In this document: in pieces, positions 1 through 8,760 of the stretch
Layout of the letters: each line of letters starts with the position of its first letter
How positions within the stretch are numbered: the first letter of the stretch is position 1
Program-made: the position numbers and the translations under genes
Assembly (NCBI GenBank): GCA_050014415.1
Contig: JBEKDJ010000002.1
Coordinates: 1-48,576 of the forward strand
DNA length: 48,576 nt
DNA from: Thermodesulfobacteriota bacterium
Lineage (GTDB): Bacteria > Desulfobacterota > BSN033 > UBA1163
Direction of reading: 5' to 3'
The notes under the pieces: generated by a model
Database searches by the model: none
Seen by the model: only the letters and a program-made list of their open reading frames with translations
Told to the model about the DNA's origin: nothing

Positions 1-1311
1 TGTTTCGTGGGTCCACCAGGGGTCGGGAAGACCTCTCTGGGCAAGTCGATTGCCCGGACCATGGGCCGCAAGTTTATTCGGATCTCCTTAGGTGGAGTTC
101 GAGATGAAGCCGAGATCCGAGGTCATCGAAGGACATATGTAGGCGCCCTGCCGGGTCGGATCATTCAAGGAATAAAGAAATCGGGCTCGAATAACCCTGT
201 CTTCATGTTGGACGAAGTCGATAAGATCGGAATGGACTTTCGCGGGGATCCCTCCTCCGCACTGTTGGAGGTTTTAGACCCGGAGCAGAACTTTTCTTTC
301 TCAGACCACTATATCGATGTCTCCTACGATCTGTCGAAGGTGATGTTTATCACCACGGCGAATGTACTCGATACCATTCCTCCGGCCCTTCGGGATCGCA
401 TGGAGACCCTCGAACTCCCCGGCTATAGCGAAGACCAGAAGATGATGATTGCTAAGGAGTTTCTCATTCGCAAGCAGATCAATGAGCATGGGTTGAGCTC
501 AGAATTCATCGAATTTCAAGATGATGCCCTTCAGGTGATTATCAGTTCGTATACGCGCGAGGCAGGGGTCAGAAATCTGGAAAGAGAGATCGCTGCCACG
601 TGTCGTGGGGTGGCCAAGGACGTGGCCCGGGGGATTACGGAGAAGGTTGTGATCTCTCCGGAGAATTTGCACAAGTTTTTGGGGGCTGTCAAATTCTTTC
701 CCGAAGTGGCGGAGCGGACCTCTGATCCAGGAGTGGCCACAGGTCTGGCCTGGACGCCTACTGGAGGGGATATCATCTTTGTGGAAGCGACGAAGATGAG
801 AGGGGAGAAGGGATTGACACTGACGGGGCAATTGGGAGATGTGATGAAAGAATCCGCTCAGGCTGCGTTGGCCTACGTCCGATCCAAGGCAAAAGAACTC
901 GGCATTGCAGAGGACTTCTTTGAAAAGAACGATATCCACATCCATGTGCCGGCGGGTGCGATTCCAAAAGATGGACCTTCTGCAGGAATAACGATGTTTG
1001 TGGCCTTGACGTCCCTGCTGACGAACAAGCCCATCCGAAACGATGTTGCCATGACAGGGGAGATTACATTGAGGGGCTTGGTTCTGCCTGTGGGAGGGAT
1101 CAAAGAGAAAGTTTTGGCTGCGATGCGGGCAGGGATAAGGACAGTCATCCTTCCCAAGAAGAATGAGAAAGACCTGGAAGAGATCCCGGAGCGGATTCGA
1201 AATGAGATGGATTTTAAGTTCATCCAGAGAATGGATGAAGCCATTGAACTTGCCTTGAAGCCAATGGAGCCACGCCTCGCGGAACGAGAGGCCGCTAGTG
1301 CGATGGTTTGA
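1..1311 (+). CDS. lon: ATP-dependent Lon protease, C-terminal ~436 aa (5' end outside window)
   Basis: Frame open from base 1. Walker [10 protein letters not shown] at window edge, AAA+ module, then Lon proteolytic domain with PKDGPSAG (Ser) and [10 protein letters not shown] (Lys) motifs. TGA at 1309-1311. Confidence 0.95.
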   Translation, partial: CFVGPPGVGKTSLGKSIARTMGRKFIRISLGGVRDEAEIRGHRRTYVGALPGRIIQGIKKSGSNNPVFMLDEVDKIGMDFRGDPSSALLEVLDPEQNFSFSDHYIDVSYDLSKVMFITTANVLDTIPPALRDRMETLELPGYSEDQKMMIAKEFLIRKQINEHGLSSEFIEFQDDALQVIISSYTREAGVRNLEREIAATCRGVAKDVARGITEKVVISPENLHKFLGAVKFFPEVAERTSDPGVATGLAWTPTGGDIIFVEATKMRGEKGLTLTGQLGDVMKESAQAALAYVRSKAKELGIAEDFFEKNDIHIHVPAGAIPKDGPSAGITMFVALTSLLTNKPIRNDVAMTGEITLRGLVLPVGGIKEKVLAAMRAGIRTVILPKKNEKDLEEIPERIRNEMDFKFIQRMDEAIELALKPMEPRLAEREAASAMV

Positions 1312-2569
1312 CAGAAGGCCCACCTTTTTTCCCTGGCAGTCCGTGGAATATCCCAAACTGAGAGATATTAACATCTTCCCCGTCCAGAGTTCAGGTCAGA
1401 CCCTGCTCTGTCTTCAGGATCCACTGAACGTCAGCGAGAGAACGCTTTTCTTACCGCCTTCCCTCCATTTCATTGTCGCACTTTTTGACGGCCTCCATTC
1501 GATCTTGGATATCCAAACTGAATACATGAGGAGATTTGGGGCGTTCCTTTTCACCGAGAAGATTCAGGAAATTGTCAGTCAACTGGACGAGAACCTCTAT
1601 CTCGAAGGAGAGCGGTTTCAAGCGGCATGGAAGGAAAAAGAGGAGAGGTTTAAGAGGGCACCGATCAGGGAAGCCGCATTTGCCGGAAAGAGTTATGAAA
1701 AGGACCCTGAACGCTTGAGGGTTCAACTTGAAGGGTATTTTATAGGATCGGATGGCCCCGGCCCTCCTAGTAGGAGGGTGGGTGCGAACGGACTGAAGGG
1801 CGTGGTGGCCCCGCACATCGATGTCCAAAGGGGAGGGTTCTGTTACGCCTTTGCCCACCGGGAGATTTGGGAGAGGAGTTCCTCTCACTGCTTCATCATC
1901 TTTGGGACAGCGCACGCCCCGATGAAGCAGCCCTTCTGTCTAACCCGAAAGGACTTGGGGACGCCCTTAGGAAATTTGAGCGTCCATACGGAACTGATCG
2001 ATGCGATCCAATCCCAATGCTCCGACGACCTATTTAGAGACGAAATCGTTCATCGGAGCGAGCATTCGATTGAGTTTCAATGTCTCTTCCTCCGATACCT
2101 GTACCCAGAACCTATCCCTCTGAAGATCGTTCCCATCTTGAGCGGACCACTCCATGAAGCCATTGAGAAGGGAATCTCGCCGATGGAGATCAAACCGATC
2201 CGTCAGTTCATCGACGTCCTAAGAGATTCTGTCTCTTCATTGGGAGAGGAAGTCTGTTACATCGCCAGCGCTGATCTTTCCCATATGGGCCATCAATTTG
2301 GAGATCGGGAAGGGATAAGGGAGTACGATCTCAGGGGCCTGAGCGAAGAGGATGAGGAGATGTTAGGATATGTGGAGAGGATGGACGGGGAAGGGTTCTT
2401 TTCATCAATTTTGAGAGAGAGGGATCGGAGGAGAGTCTGCGGGCTCCCAGCCATCTATGCTATGCTCAAGGTTCTCGAGGCCAAAGAGGGCAAACTGATC
2501 AAATATGGTCAGGCGTATACTCAAGAGACCCAATCGGTCGTCTCCTTCGCCAGCCTTGCCTTCTACTGA
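1298..2569 (+). CDS. MEMO1 / AmmeMemoRadiSam system protein B family protein with ~150-aa N-terminal extension
   Basis: 423-aa ORF. C-terminal two thirds carry MEMO-type motifs ([32 protein letters not shown]). GTG start overlaps lon by 14 nt; true start uncertain. Confidence 0.8.
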   Translation: MRWFDRRPTFFPWQSVEYPKLRDINIFPVQSSGQTLLCLQDPLNVSERTLFLPPSLHFIVALFDGLHSILDIQTEYMRRFGAFLFTEKIQEIVSQLDENLYLEGERFQAAWKEKEERFKRAPIREAAFAGKSYEKDPERLRVQLEGYFIGSDGPGPPSRRVGANGLKGVVAPHIDVQRGGFCYAFAHREIWERSSSHCFIIFGTAHAPMKQPFCLTRKDLGTPLGNLSVHTELIDAIQSQCSDDLFRDEIVHRSEHSIEFQCLFLRYLYPEPIPLKIVPILSGPLHEAIEKGISPMEIKPIRQFIDVLRDSVSSLGEEVCYIASADLSHMGHQFGDREGIREYDLRGLSEEDEEMLGYVERMDGEGFFSSILRERDRRRVCGLPAIYAMLKVLEAKEGKLIKYGQAYTQETQSVVSFASLAFY

Positions 2570-2573
2570 AATT

Positions 2574-2678
2574 TTGGAATCTAGATTGCGGAATGCGGAG
2601 TTGAATTCCGAAACCTCAATCTACTCTTCGTTCATATGGATTCAAAATCATTTGTTCCGGAATTCGCATTTGAAATCG
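2574..2678. repeat. type I heptad-word array (GCGGAAT / ATTCCGN words) between convergent genes
   Basis: ttggaat-ctagatt-gcggaat-gcggagt, then complementary ttccggaattcgcatttgaaatcg. Shares exact ATTGCGGAATG (2585-2595) with 35839-35849. Confidence 0.5.
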
Positions 2679-2679
2679 A

Positions 2680-2919
2680 TTAGGAAGGTTTCTGCTTGAT
2701 CTTTTGGAGGGCAGGGTAAAGATCGGAGAGTTTTTTCTCCACGTCCTGTGGAAGCTCGACCTGAAGGTTCAGAACCTTTTCTCTCAAGAGGGCCAAGGTT
2801 CCTAACTTCTCACTGACTTCTTTGGGCGTCACACGACTCAGTCTTTTCGATACCTCTTTTACCTCTTCATTGAGGAATTCGATCAATTTCAGAATCTCCG
2901 AGATCTTCTTCTGCGCCAT
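2680..2919 (-). CDS. hypothetical small charged, probably coiled-coil protein (79 aa)
   Basis: ATG ORF, K/E/L-rich, no recognisable family. It is the only ORF filling this gap. Confidence 0.4.
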   Translation of the reverse strand: MAQKKISEILKLIEFLNEEVKEVSKRLSRVTPKEVSEKLGTLALLREKVLNLQVELPQDVEKKLSDLYPALQKIKQKPS

Positions 2920-3094
2920 TCACATTCCCTCTTTAGAAGTTCGCTTTTACCATACACGATTTGAAACGAGATTTCAAGTTGAAAAATAGTCCCAAGGCCT
3001 ATCCATTCTTGATGGACCTGGTATTGCTTGCAAAGACTCGATATGGTATGAGGATGAATCATCGGTGCGACGATCAAAGGGGGCGAAGTCGGAG

Positions 3095-3499
3095 ATGATT
3101 CAGAGTTTTCAGGTAAGGACCAGAGCAAAGACAGAGCTGATCGATATCACTCGCTCCGTCCAGCAGGCTGTTCAAAAAACAGGGATAAAGGATGGGATCT
3201 GTTTTATCTTCGTCCCCCACACCACAGCAGCCGTTACGATCAACGAGAATGCGGATCCCAGCGTGCCTCAGGATATTGTCATGGAGTTGAATAAGATGGT
3301 CCCCTTCGAGGATCGGTATCACCACCAGGAGGGGAATTCAGCGGCCCATATTAAGGCCAGTCTCTTGGGGTGTTCTCAGGCCGTCTTTGTCGATTCAGGT
3401 AAGTTGATCCTTGGGACCTGGCAGGGAATCTTCTTCTGTGAATTCGATGGGCCGAGAAACCGGGAAGTCTATGTCAAGGTGGTGAAGGCCGAGGAATAG
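3095..3499 (+). CDS. yjbQ: YjbQ/UPF0047 family protein (secondary thiamine-phosphate synthase family)
   Basis: MIQSFQVRTRAKTELIDIT, FVPHTTAAVTINENADP and GNSAAHIKASLLG are typical YjbQ motifs. ATG 3095 preferred over GTG 3065. Confidence 0.85.
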   Translation: MIQSFQVRTRAKTELIDITRSVQQAVQKTGIKDGICFIFVPHTTAAVTINENADPSVPQDIVMELNKMVPFEDRYHHQEGNSAAHIKASLLGCSQAVFVDSGKLILGTWQGIFFCEFDGPRNREVYVKVVKAEE

Positions 3500-3501
3500 A
3501 C

Positions 3502-4272
3502 ATGGCATGGGAAGGTCTTCTTGAGGAAATGGTGAGAATATTCGAAAAGGAGTCTCGATTGATCCATCTTCCCTCACAGGGAAAGGTCGTCTTTGTCGGC
3601 GATACTCATGGAGATCTGGATGCCTCTCAGGAAGTCATCCATCGGTACCTTGAGAAGCCATACCGAATTGTCTTCCTCGGAGACTATGTAGATCGGGGCG
3701 ATCAAGCTGAAGAAAACATCCACTACCTGCTGCGCAAGAAAAGGGAACATCCGAATGAGATTTTCCTCCTGGCAGGTAATCACGAGGGATTCCAGATAAA
3801 AGAGTTTTATCCTGCTAGTTTTTGGGGGCGCCTTTCCTCAGATGAAAAAGAGACCTATGGTCTTCTTTTCTCCAAATTCCCCATTGCCGCTACCTCTCAA
3901 AATGGGATCTTGGCCGTTCACGGCGGGTTGCCCGACCTGAAATCCCTGGACGAGATAGACCGGATCGAATGGGGAGATGTCCATTGGGATCGAACCGTCT
4001 GGGGAGATTTCGTAGAACGAGAGGGCGAGGTGTTGGAAGACTGGGGTGGGAGGCCCCAGCTCGGGCAGCAGTATTTCGAGCGGATAATGGACCGGTATCG
4101 AAAACGGATCTTGATACGATCCCATCAACCCCATGCACATCCGCTGATGTTTAAGAAAAGGTGTATTACCATCTTCACTTGCAATGCCTATGGGCCCATC
4201 CGTACCATTGCGCTCGTCGATATGGAAAAGGAAGTGTATTCTGCAGAAGATATCGTCATCGAAAGGATATGA
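3502..4272 (+). CDS. metallophosphoesterase (PPP-type Ser/Thr phosphatase-like)
   Basis: GDTHGD, GDYVDRG and GNHE motifs in canonical order. ATG 2 nt after the yjbQ stop. Confidence 0.85.
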   Translation: MAWEGLLEEMVRIFEKESRLIHLPSQGKVVFVGDTHGDLDASQEVIHRYLEKPYRIVFLGDYVDRGDQAEENIHYLLRKKREHPNEIFLLAGNHEGFQIKEFYPASFWGRLSSDEKETYGLLFSKFPIAATSQNGILAVHGGLPDLKSLDEIDRIEWGDVHWDRTVWGDFVEREGEVLEDWGGRPQLGQQYFERIMDRYRKRILIRSHQPHAHPLMFKKRCITIFTCNAYGPIRTIALVDMEKEVYSAEDIVIERI

Positions 4273-4303
4273 ATCCAAATTACGGATTTGTTCGAGATTT
4301 GAG

Positions 4304-4990
4304 ATGCCTAAGTTCATCTCCTTCGACATGGACGGGACGCTGATCGCCTCGGATTACACGGATTGGGTCTGGGGCCATGGTATCCCCACGCTTTATGCTG
4401 AGAAGACAGGACTTCCTTTCGAGGAGGCAAAAGCATTGGTGGAGGAGGAATACCGGAAAGTCGGGGAAGGTGCGATCGAGTGGTATGACATCAAATACTG
4501 GTTTCAGTTCTTCCAACTCGGAATCGAGTGTCGGTACGACAATCGTTCCGATTCGTGCCAGATGGGAAGAAGTTGGAAGGCATTGATGGAACAGTTCGTC
4601 GATAAGATCCGTGTCTATCCGGACGTCGACCCTATACTGGATCGTCTAAAAGGTAGATTTCCATTGGTTCTTACTACTAATGCAGGAAGGGAATTCATCG
4701 ATGTCGAGATGAAAGCCACAGGTCTTAGGAGGTATTTCGATCGGATTTTTTCTGCGACCACTGACTTTGGCGAGGTGAAGAAGACGGCTCGTTTTTACCG
4801 CCGGATCTGTCAGGTCCTTCGGACTGATCCGGCGGAAATGGTCCATGTCGGTGACCACTATGAGTTTGACTATCTAGTCCCCCGGAGACTAGGGATCCGT
4901 GCCTTCTATTTGGATCGGTCAGGTCAACAGAAGGGCGACTTCGTCATCCGGGATTTGGGAGATCTGGAGAAAAGACTCCTGAAAATGTGA
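4304..4990 (+). CDS. HAD-superfamily hydrolase
   Basis: Motif I FDMDGTL directly after ATG 4304; later LVLTTNA and VGDHYEFD motifs. The upstream ATG 4184 overlaps the preceding gene and was not used. Confidence 0.8.
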   Translation: MPKFISFDMDGTLIASDYTDWVWGHGIPTLYAEKTGLPFEEAKALVEEEYRKVGEGAIEWYDIKYWFQFFQLGIECRYDNRSDSCQMGRSWKALMEQFVDKIRVYPDVDPILDRLKGRFPLVLTTNAGREFIDVEMKATGLRRYFDRIFSATTDFGEVKKTARFYRRICQVLRTDPAEMVHVGDHYEFDYLVPRRLGIRAFYLDRSGQQKGDFVIRDLGDLEKRLLKM

Positions 4991-5086
4991 TTCAGACAGG
5001 ATGACCTAGACCTTAAACATCAGACTAGATTAATTACTAATGAGTCCATAATTGAGAAGACATGTTCTGCTGGAGATCTCCCCTAA

Positions 5087-5170
5087 CCCCTCTTTGCCTG
5101 TCCGAAGACAGGAAAAGGATACCAAAGAGGGGAATTCCTCCCTTTTGTAAAGGGAGGGAAGGAGGGATTT
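5087..5170. repeat. REP-like double-hairpin element, copy A
   Basis: CCCCTCTTTG (5087-5096) pairs with CAAAGAGGGG (5123-5132). CCTCCCTTT (5137-5145) pairs with AAAGGGAGG (5149-5157). Followed by GGAGGGATT. Homologous to 32341-32396. Confidence 0.55.
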
Positions 5171-5242
5171 AATCTCTAATGTCCACACAATTATGGACTG
5201 ACTAGTAATTTTGGAACTAAGAGATTGAGGAATCATGAATTT

Positions 5243-5343
5243 AGGTTATCAGGAAGTGGATATCAAGAAAGCAGGGCATCAGGTTTTTCCTGAGATCCTG
5301 GTATTCTAATCCTCTGCATCCTGATTCACTGATATTCTGGTGA
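5243..5343. repeat. type III 8-bp word array (ATCAGG words, then CCTGAT words)
   Basis: AGGTTATCAGG at 5243-5253 (same 11-mer at 26730 and 26760). Right half has CTGAG/CTGGT/CTGAT words spaced 8 bp apart. Confidence 0.6.
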
Positions 5344-5649
5344 CCGAGCAATCCTAGATTCCTCAATTTCTAAAAGGAGAAGTCTGATGTCTAATCCTGC
5401 CTTGCCGAGACTGAAGCCAAGCGTCCGATATTTGAATTGCAGACCGAGAAAGAGAGATTGAAAGGCCTCTTTTTTTTATGGTAGGATGATTGGGGGAGTT
5501 CTGTGCCGCCACCAAAAGGGCACGCCCTTGGCCTTTCAGCATCACAGTACAAGGCCATTCTTGGGTCAATGTGCCGCCGCGTGGTTGGGATGTGGCCCCA
5601 CATGGATGTCAGCCAGGGAACATGAGTTCGGCTGTGGGGTCCATAGGTC

Positions 5650-7065
5650 ATGGGAGAAACGAGAGTGCCGAATCCAAGGATTTTGGTCATTGACGATGAA
5701 ATGATCGTTTGTGAGAGCTGCAAACGGATTTTGGAGGAGGATGGATATGAGGTGGAAACCGCACTCAGCGGGAAGGAGGCCTTTGCGAAAATGCGGGAGA
5801 ACCCTTTCGACATCGTCATTACCGACCTCAAAATGCCAGAGACCGATGGCATGGAAGTCCTGAGAACATTCCGTACGGAGTACCCGGATGTGATCGTCAT
5901 CATGGTTACGGGTTTTTCCACCGTAGAAACTGCAGTCGAGGCCATGAAATCAGGAGCCTTTGACTACATCCCCAAACCCTTCACGCCCGACGAGGTCTCG
6001 ATTGTTGTGAAGAAAGCAATCGAGAAGAAAAGTCTCTTGTTGGAGAATATCTATCTGCGTCAGGAATTACAGGGGAAATATGGGTTCCATAACATTGTGG
6101 GGAAGAGTAAGAGGATGCAGGAAATCTATCGAATGATTGCCAAAGTGGCGATCACCGACAGTACGGTCCTGATCTATGGTCAGAGTGGAACAGGGAAGGA
6201 GTTGATTGCTCGGGCCATCCATTTCAACAGCCCACGAAGAGATAAACAATTCGTCCCAGTGGACTGTGCCGTTCTCTCAGAAAACCTCTTGGAAAGTGAA
6301 TTGTTCGGCCATATCAGAGGCTCTTTTACCGGTGCCGTGACTACCAAGCCAGGGCTCTTCGAGGTAGCGGATGGAGGGACCGTCTTCCTCGATGAGGTGG
6401 GAAACATTAGCCTGGCCATTCAAGCCAAACTCTTGAGAGTACTGCAGGAAAGAGAATTCACACCCGTGGGAGGGACAAAGGCTAAGAAGGTGGAGATTCG
6501 GCTCATCGCCGCCACTAACAAAGACCTAGAGAAGATGATCAAGGAAGGGGCCTTCCGGGAAGATCTCTATTATCGGCTCAACATCGTTCCTATCACCCTC
6601 CCTACCCTGAAAGAGCGACAAGAAGATATTCCTCTTCTCGCCGTCCATTTTCTCAAGAAATACGCTGAAGAAGTTGGGAAGACTATCAAAGGGTTCACAC
6701 CTGAGTCAATAGAGAAACTGATGAGGTACCCCTGGCCTGGGAATGTTCGGGAATTGGAGAATATGATTGAACGAACTGCGGTGATGCTGGACGAGGAAAT
6801 GGTTCGAGTGGAACACTTTGTCCTTCCAGGTCAATTGGAGGGAGGAAGGTTGGAAGACCGCGTTCCGAAGACCAATGAAGAATTGAAGGAGATTAAGAAA
6901 CAGGTGAGAGAGAAGGCGGTTGAGGAAATCGAGAGGGCGTTTGTTCTCGAAGCATTGGAGCGGAATCATTGGAATGCGACCAGAGCCGCGGAAGAGGTGG
7001 GAATGCTTCGGCCGAATTTCCAGGCTCTGATTAGAAAGTATAACCTCCGGGCGAGAGAAGAGTAG
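5650..7065 (+). CDS. sigma-54-dependent response regulator (NtrC-family enhancer-binding protein: REC + AAA+ + HTH)
   Basis: ILVIDDE...DIVITDLKMP receiver, Walker A GQSGTGKE, GSFTGA (GAFTGA-type loop), C-terminal Fis-type HTH. Confidence 0.93.
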   Translation: MGETRVPNPRILVIDDEMIVCESCKRILEEDGYEVETALSGKEAFAKMRENPFDIVITDLKMPETDGMEVLRTFRTEYPDVIVIMVTGFSTVETAVEAMKSGAFDYIPKPFTPDEVSIVVKKAIEKKSLLLENIYLRQELQGKYGFHNIVGKSKRMQEIYRMIAKVAITDSTVLIYGQSGTGKELIARAIHFNSPRRDKQFVPVDCAVLSENLLESELFGHIRGSFTGAVTTKPGLFEVADGGTVFLDEVGNISLAIQAKLLRVLQEREFTPVGGTKAKKVEIRLIAATNKDLEKMIKEGAFREDLYYRLNIVPITLPTLKERQEDIPLLAVHFLKKYAEEVGKTIKGFTPESIEKLMRYPWPGNVRELENMIERTAVMLDEEMVRVEHFVLPGQLEGGRLEDRVPKTNEELKEIKKQVREKAVEEIERAFVLEALERNHWNATRAAEEVGMLRPNFQALIRKYNLRAREE

Positions 7066-7067
7066 AA

Positions 7068-7165
7068 AATGATCAGTTATCAATTTGCAATGCTCAATGA
7101 TCAACGGACAGTTATAAAGCCTGCGGCCGATCAGTAAGAATTGACAATTGACCATTGCCAATTGA
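7068..7165. repeat. type II heptad array (AATNNNC words, then NAATTGA words)
   Basis: 14 in-register heptads: aatgatc agttatc aatttgc aatgctc aatgatc ... gaattga caattga ccattgc caattga. Exact 18-mer AATGATCAGTTATCAATT shared with 34421-34438. Confidence 0.7.
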
Positions 7166-7183
7166 GAGCAGTCGAGGTTCTTC

Positions 7184-7390
7184 TTGTCAGATTTTTTTAA
7201 ATGGTTGATCGTGGGCTGGTCAATTGTCGTGGTAGGTATTGCTGCCCTTGGAACACTTCTGGTCATCAAGTATGGAGAGGTGAAAAAGATTGAGACCGAC
7301 GACGTGAGCCTCTGTTTCATCATAGCTTTTTTCTGTTGGTTGATCCCCATCATTGCCTTCTCTATTCTGGCCCGAACCCTGGGTTTTTGA
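7184..7390 (+). CDS. hypothetical small membrane protein (68 aa, two hydrophobic segments)
   Basis: TTG-initiated ORF with two clear TM-like stretches. Start and reality uncertain. Confidence 0.4.
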   Translation: MSDFFKWLIVGWSIVVVGIAALGTLLVIKYGEVKKIETDDVSLCFIIAFFCWLIPIIAFSILARTLGF

Positions 7391-7401
7391 GAAGAAAACT
7401 A

Positions 7402-7502
7402 GGTGTATAGTTTGCACATTTTTAGATAAATCCAAGTGTTTCGAATAATTATGAATGAAAGCCCCGTTCCTTTTCAAAATACGTATATACTGAATATACA
7501 CC
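7402..7502 (+). promoter_or_regulatory. candidate enhancer (UAS) region for the sigma-54 promoter
   Basis: GGTGTATA (7402-7409) and its complement TATACACC (7495-7502); self-complementary GTATATAC (7483-7490). AT-rich, roughly 110-205 bp upstream of the predicted start site. Confidence 0.3.
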
Positions 7503-7544
7503 AGTCCTTAAAACACCTTATTAAATTCATAAAATATCAAATAA

Positions 7545-7557
7545 AATCAATATATTA
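7545..7557 (+). promoter_or_regulatory. IHF-like site (AATCAA-tata-TTA) between UAS candidates and the -24/-12 promoter
   Basis: Matches WATCAA-N4-TTR. It sits where IHF sites occur in sigma-54 promoters. Confidence 0.4.
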
Positions 7558-7581
7558 GAACGTACAAATTTCCTTTGACCT

Positions 7582-7598
7582 TTGGCACGAGGAATGCA
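7582..7598 (+). promoter_or_regulatory. sigma-54 (-24/-12) promoter
   Basis: TTGGCACGAGGAATGCA versus consensus YTGGCACG-N4-TTGCW. GG (7584-7585) and GC (7596-7597) are separated by 10 nt. Lies 40 nt upstream of ATG 7637 and downstream of a sigma-54 activator gene. Confidence 0.7.
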
Positions 7599-7636
7599 GT
7601 CCACTGAGTAAAGACAAAGGAAAGGGGGAATGGGGT

Positions 7637-7936
7637 ATGGCAAAAGGCAATAAGAGAATGGCTGTAGGATTAATGGTCGGGTTGATGAGCCTGATGGCTA
7701 CACCGGCGTTTGCAAAATCGATCAGTCTGAAAGACGCTGGAGTTACCCTTTGGATTTTCATCATCATTGGGGCCATTATCGTCCTGCTTCAATTGGTTCC
7801 AGCTGTGATCCTCTTCTTTTCTTTCATCGGGACCACTTCGAGCATGGTTTTCAAGCAGAAGAAGGCACCAGAGGAAGCAACTGCCGAGGAGAAGGCTCTG
7901 CTTCCGGGGTACGAGGCTGCAACCGTTAAGAAGTGA
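7637..7936 (+). CDS. small membrane protein P1 (99 aa; signal peptide plus long hydrophobic core)
   Basis: Good SD (aaggaaaggggg). Signal-like MAVGLMVGLMSLMATPAFA. Core IIIGAIIVLLQLVPAVILFFSFIGT is paralogous to the next ORF. Confidence 0.7.
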   Translation: MAKGNKRMAVGLMVGLMSLMATPAFAKSISLKDAGVTLWIFIIIGAIIVLLQLVPAVILFFSFIGTTSSMVFKQKKAPEEATAEEKALLPGYEAATVKK

Positions 7937-7978
7937 GATAAGGGGTTATACCCGTAGACTCTTGGAGGGGATTCAACC

Positions 7979-8233
7979 ATGCGTGAGAAGATGAAGAAGA
8001 TATTATTCGTTCTTAGTTTGGCCCTGGTTCTGGCAATTGCACTCGTCTCTCTAGGGATTGCTTATGCAGGAGGGGTCAGAGGAGTAGGACTTTTGGGAGT
8101 CTGGTTTTTCTTCACCGGCGGAATCATCGTTGTCTTAGCACAATTGATCCCGGCAGGTGTTCTCTTTTCCTCCTTGATCGGAACGGCCTTCTCCTCTTTC
8201 CGGAAGGGAGAGATGCCTATCCGGGCAACGTAG
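7979..8233 (+). CDS. small membrane protein P2 (84 aa), paralogue of P1
   Basis: SD ggagggg. Signal-like N-terminus. Core GGIIVVLAQLIPAGVLFSSLIGT aligns with P1. Confidence 0.7.
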   Translation: MREKMKKILFVLSLALVLAIALVSLGIAYAGGVRGVGLLGVWFFFTGGIIVVLAQLIPAGVLFSSLIGTAFSSFRKGEMPIRAT

Positions 8234-8331
8234 CATAAAAAAGGAATACTCCCCCAACTGTCTTTCCTGTCTGGGGCTATCTAGAGAATATGGGGACAGA
8301 AGGGGGATTCTAACCAAGGGGAGAAATTACC

Positions 8332-8760
8332 ATGAAGTCAAAAACGATCCTCATCGCTTATCAGGATGATCTTTGGGTTAGGTCGCTCTCCACTTTTTTC
8401 CACGGCACAGGATATAGGGTGGAGACTGCTAAAATAGTGAGCGAAATGATTCGAAAAGTTCGAAGCGGGAATATCCATGTCGTCCTCCTCGACGACGAGA
8501 TCGAAGGAGTAAAGGCCTGTGACCTTGTTCCTCTTTTTAAGAAGATCGACGATAAGATTCAGATCGTCGTCATCTCCTCGGAAGCCTCTCTCGGACAGGT
8601 GAAACGCCTCCGAGGAGCTGGAATCTTCTATCAAGCCATGAAGCCGGTCGATCTGGTGGAGATCAAGTCTGCAGTGGAATGTGCTTTTGAAAAGATCGAA
8701 AGGGAGGGTTTGAGAGAGGGATTTTTCCCTTTTCTCATCCCAAGGAGGGTTCCGGCATGA
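8332..8760 (+). CDS. stand-alone receiver (CheY-like) domain protein
   Basis: ILIAYQDD, VVLLDDE (acceptor Asp position), VVISS and AMKP receiver landmarks. Stop overlaps the next start (ATGA). Confidence 0.8.
   Translation: MKSKTILIAYQDDLWVRSLSTFFHGTGYRVETAKIVSEMIRKVRSGNIHVVLLDDEIEGVKACDLVPLFKKIDDKIQIVVISSEASLGQVKRLRGAGIFYQAMKPVDLVEIKSAVECAFEKIEREGLREGFFPFLIPRRVPA

Noticed and set aside
499-1374. Long antisense or shadow ORFs: 499-1374(-), 5391-5945(-), 6706-7353(-), 16346-17089(+), 20616-21263(+), 22850-23614(+), 25207-25755(-), 39441-39956(+), 40314-40910(+), 44373-45086(+), 44921-45628(+)
   Set aside because: Each lies opposite or overlaps a strongly supported gene. Their sequences are low-complexity (R/S/P/G-rich) with no motifs and no SD/start context. 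This is typical of shadow ORFs.
4184-4303. Upstream ATG (4184) for the HAD hydrolase
   Set aside because: It would overlap the phosphoesterase gene by 89 nt and add 40 non-HAD residues. ATG 4304 places the DxDGT motif at the expected position near the N-terminus.
5387-5461. 24-codon ORF (MSNPALPRLKPSVRYLNCRPRKRD) with a good SD (aaggag), followed by a T8 run, in the leader of the sigma-54 activator
   Set aside because: It is too short and compositionally unremarkable to support without conservation or ribosome-profiling data. The putative terminator stem is weak.
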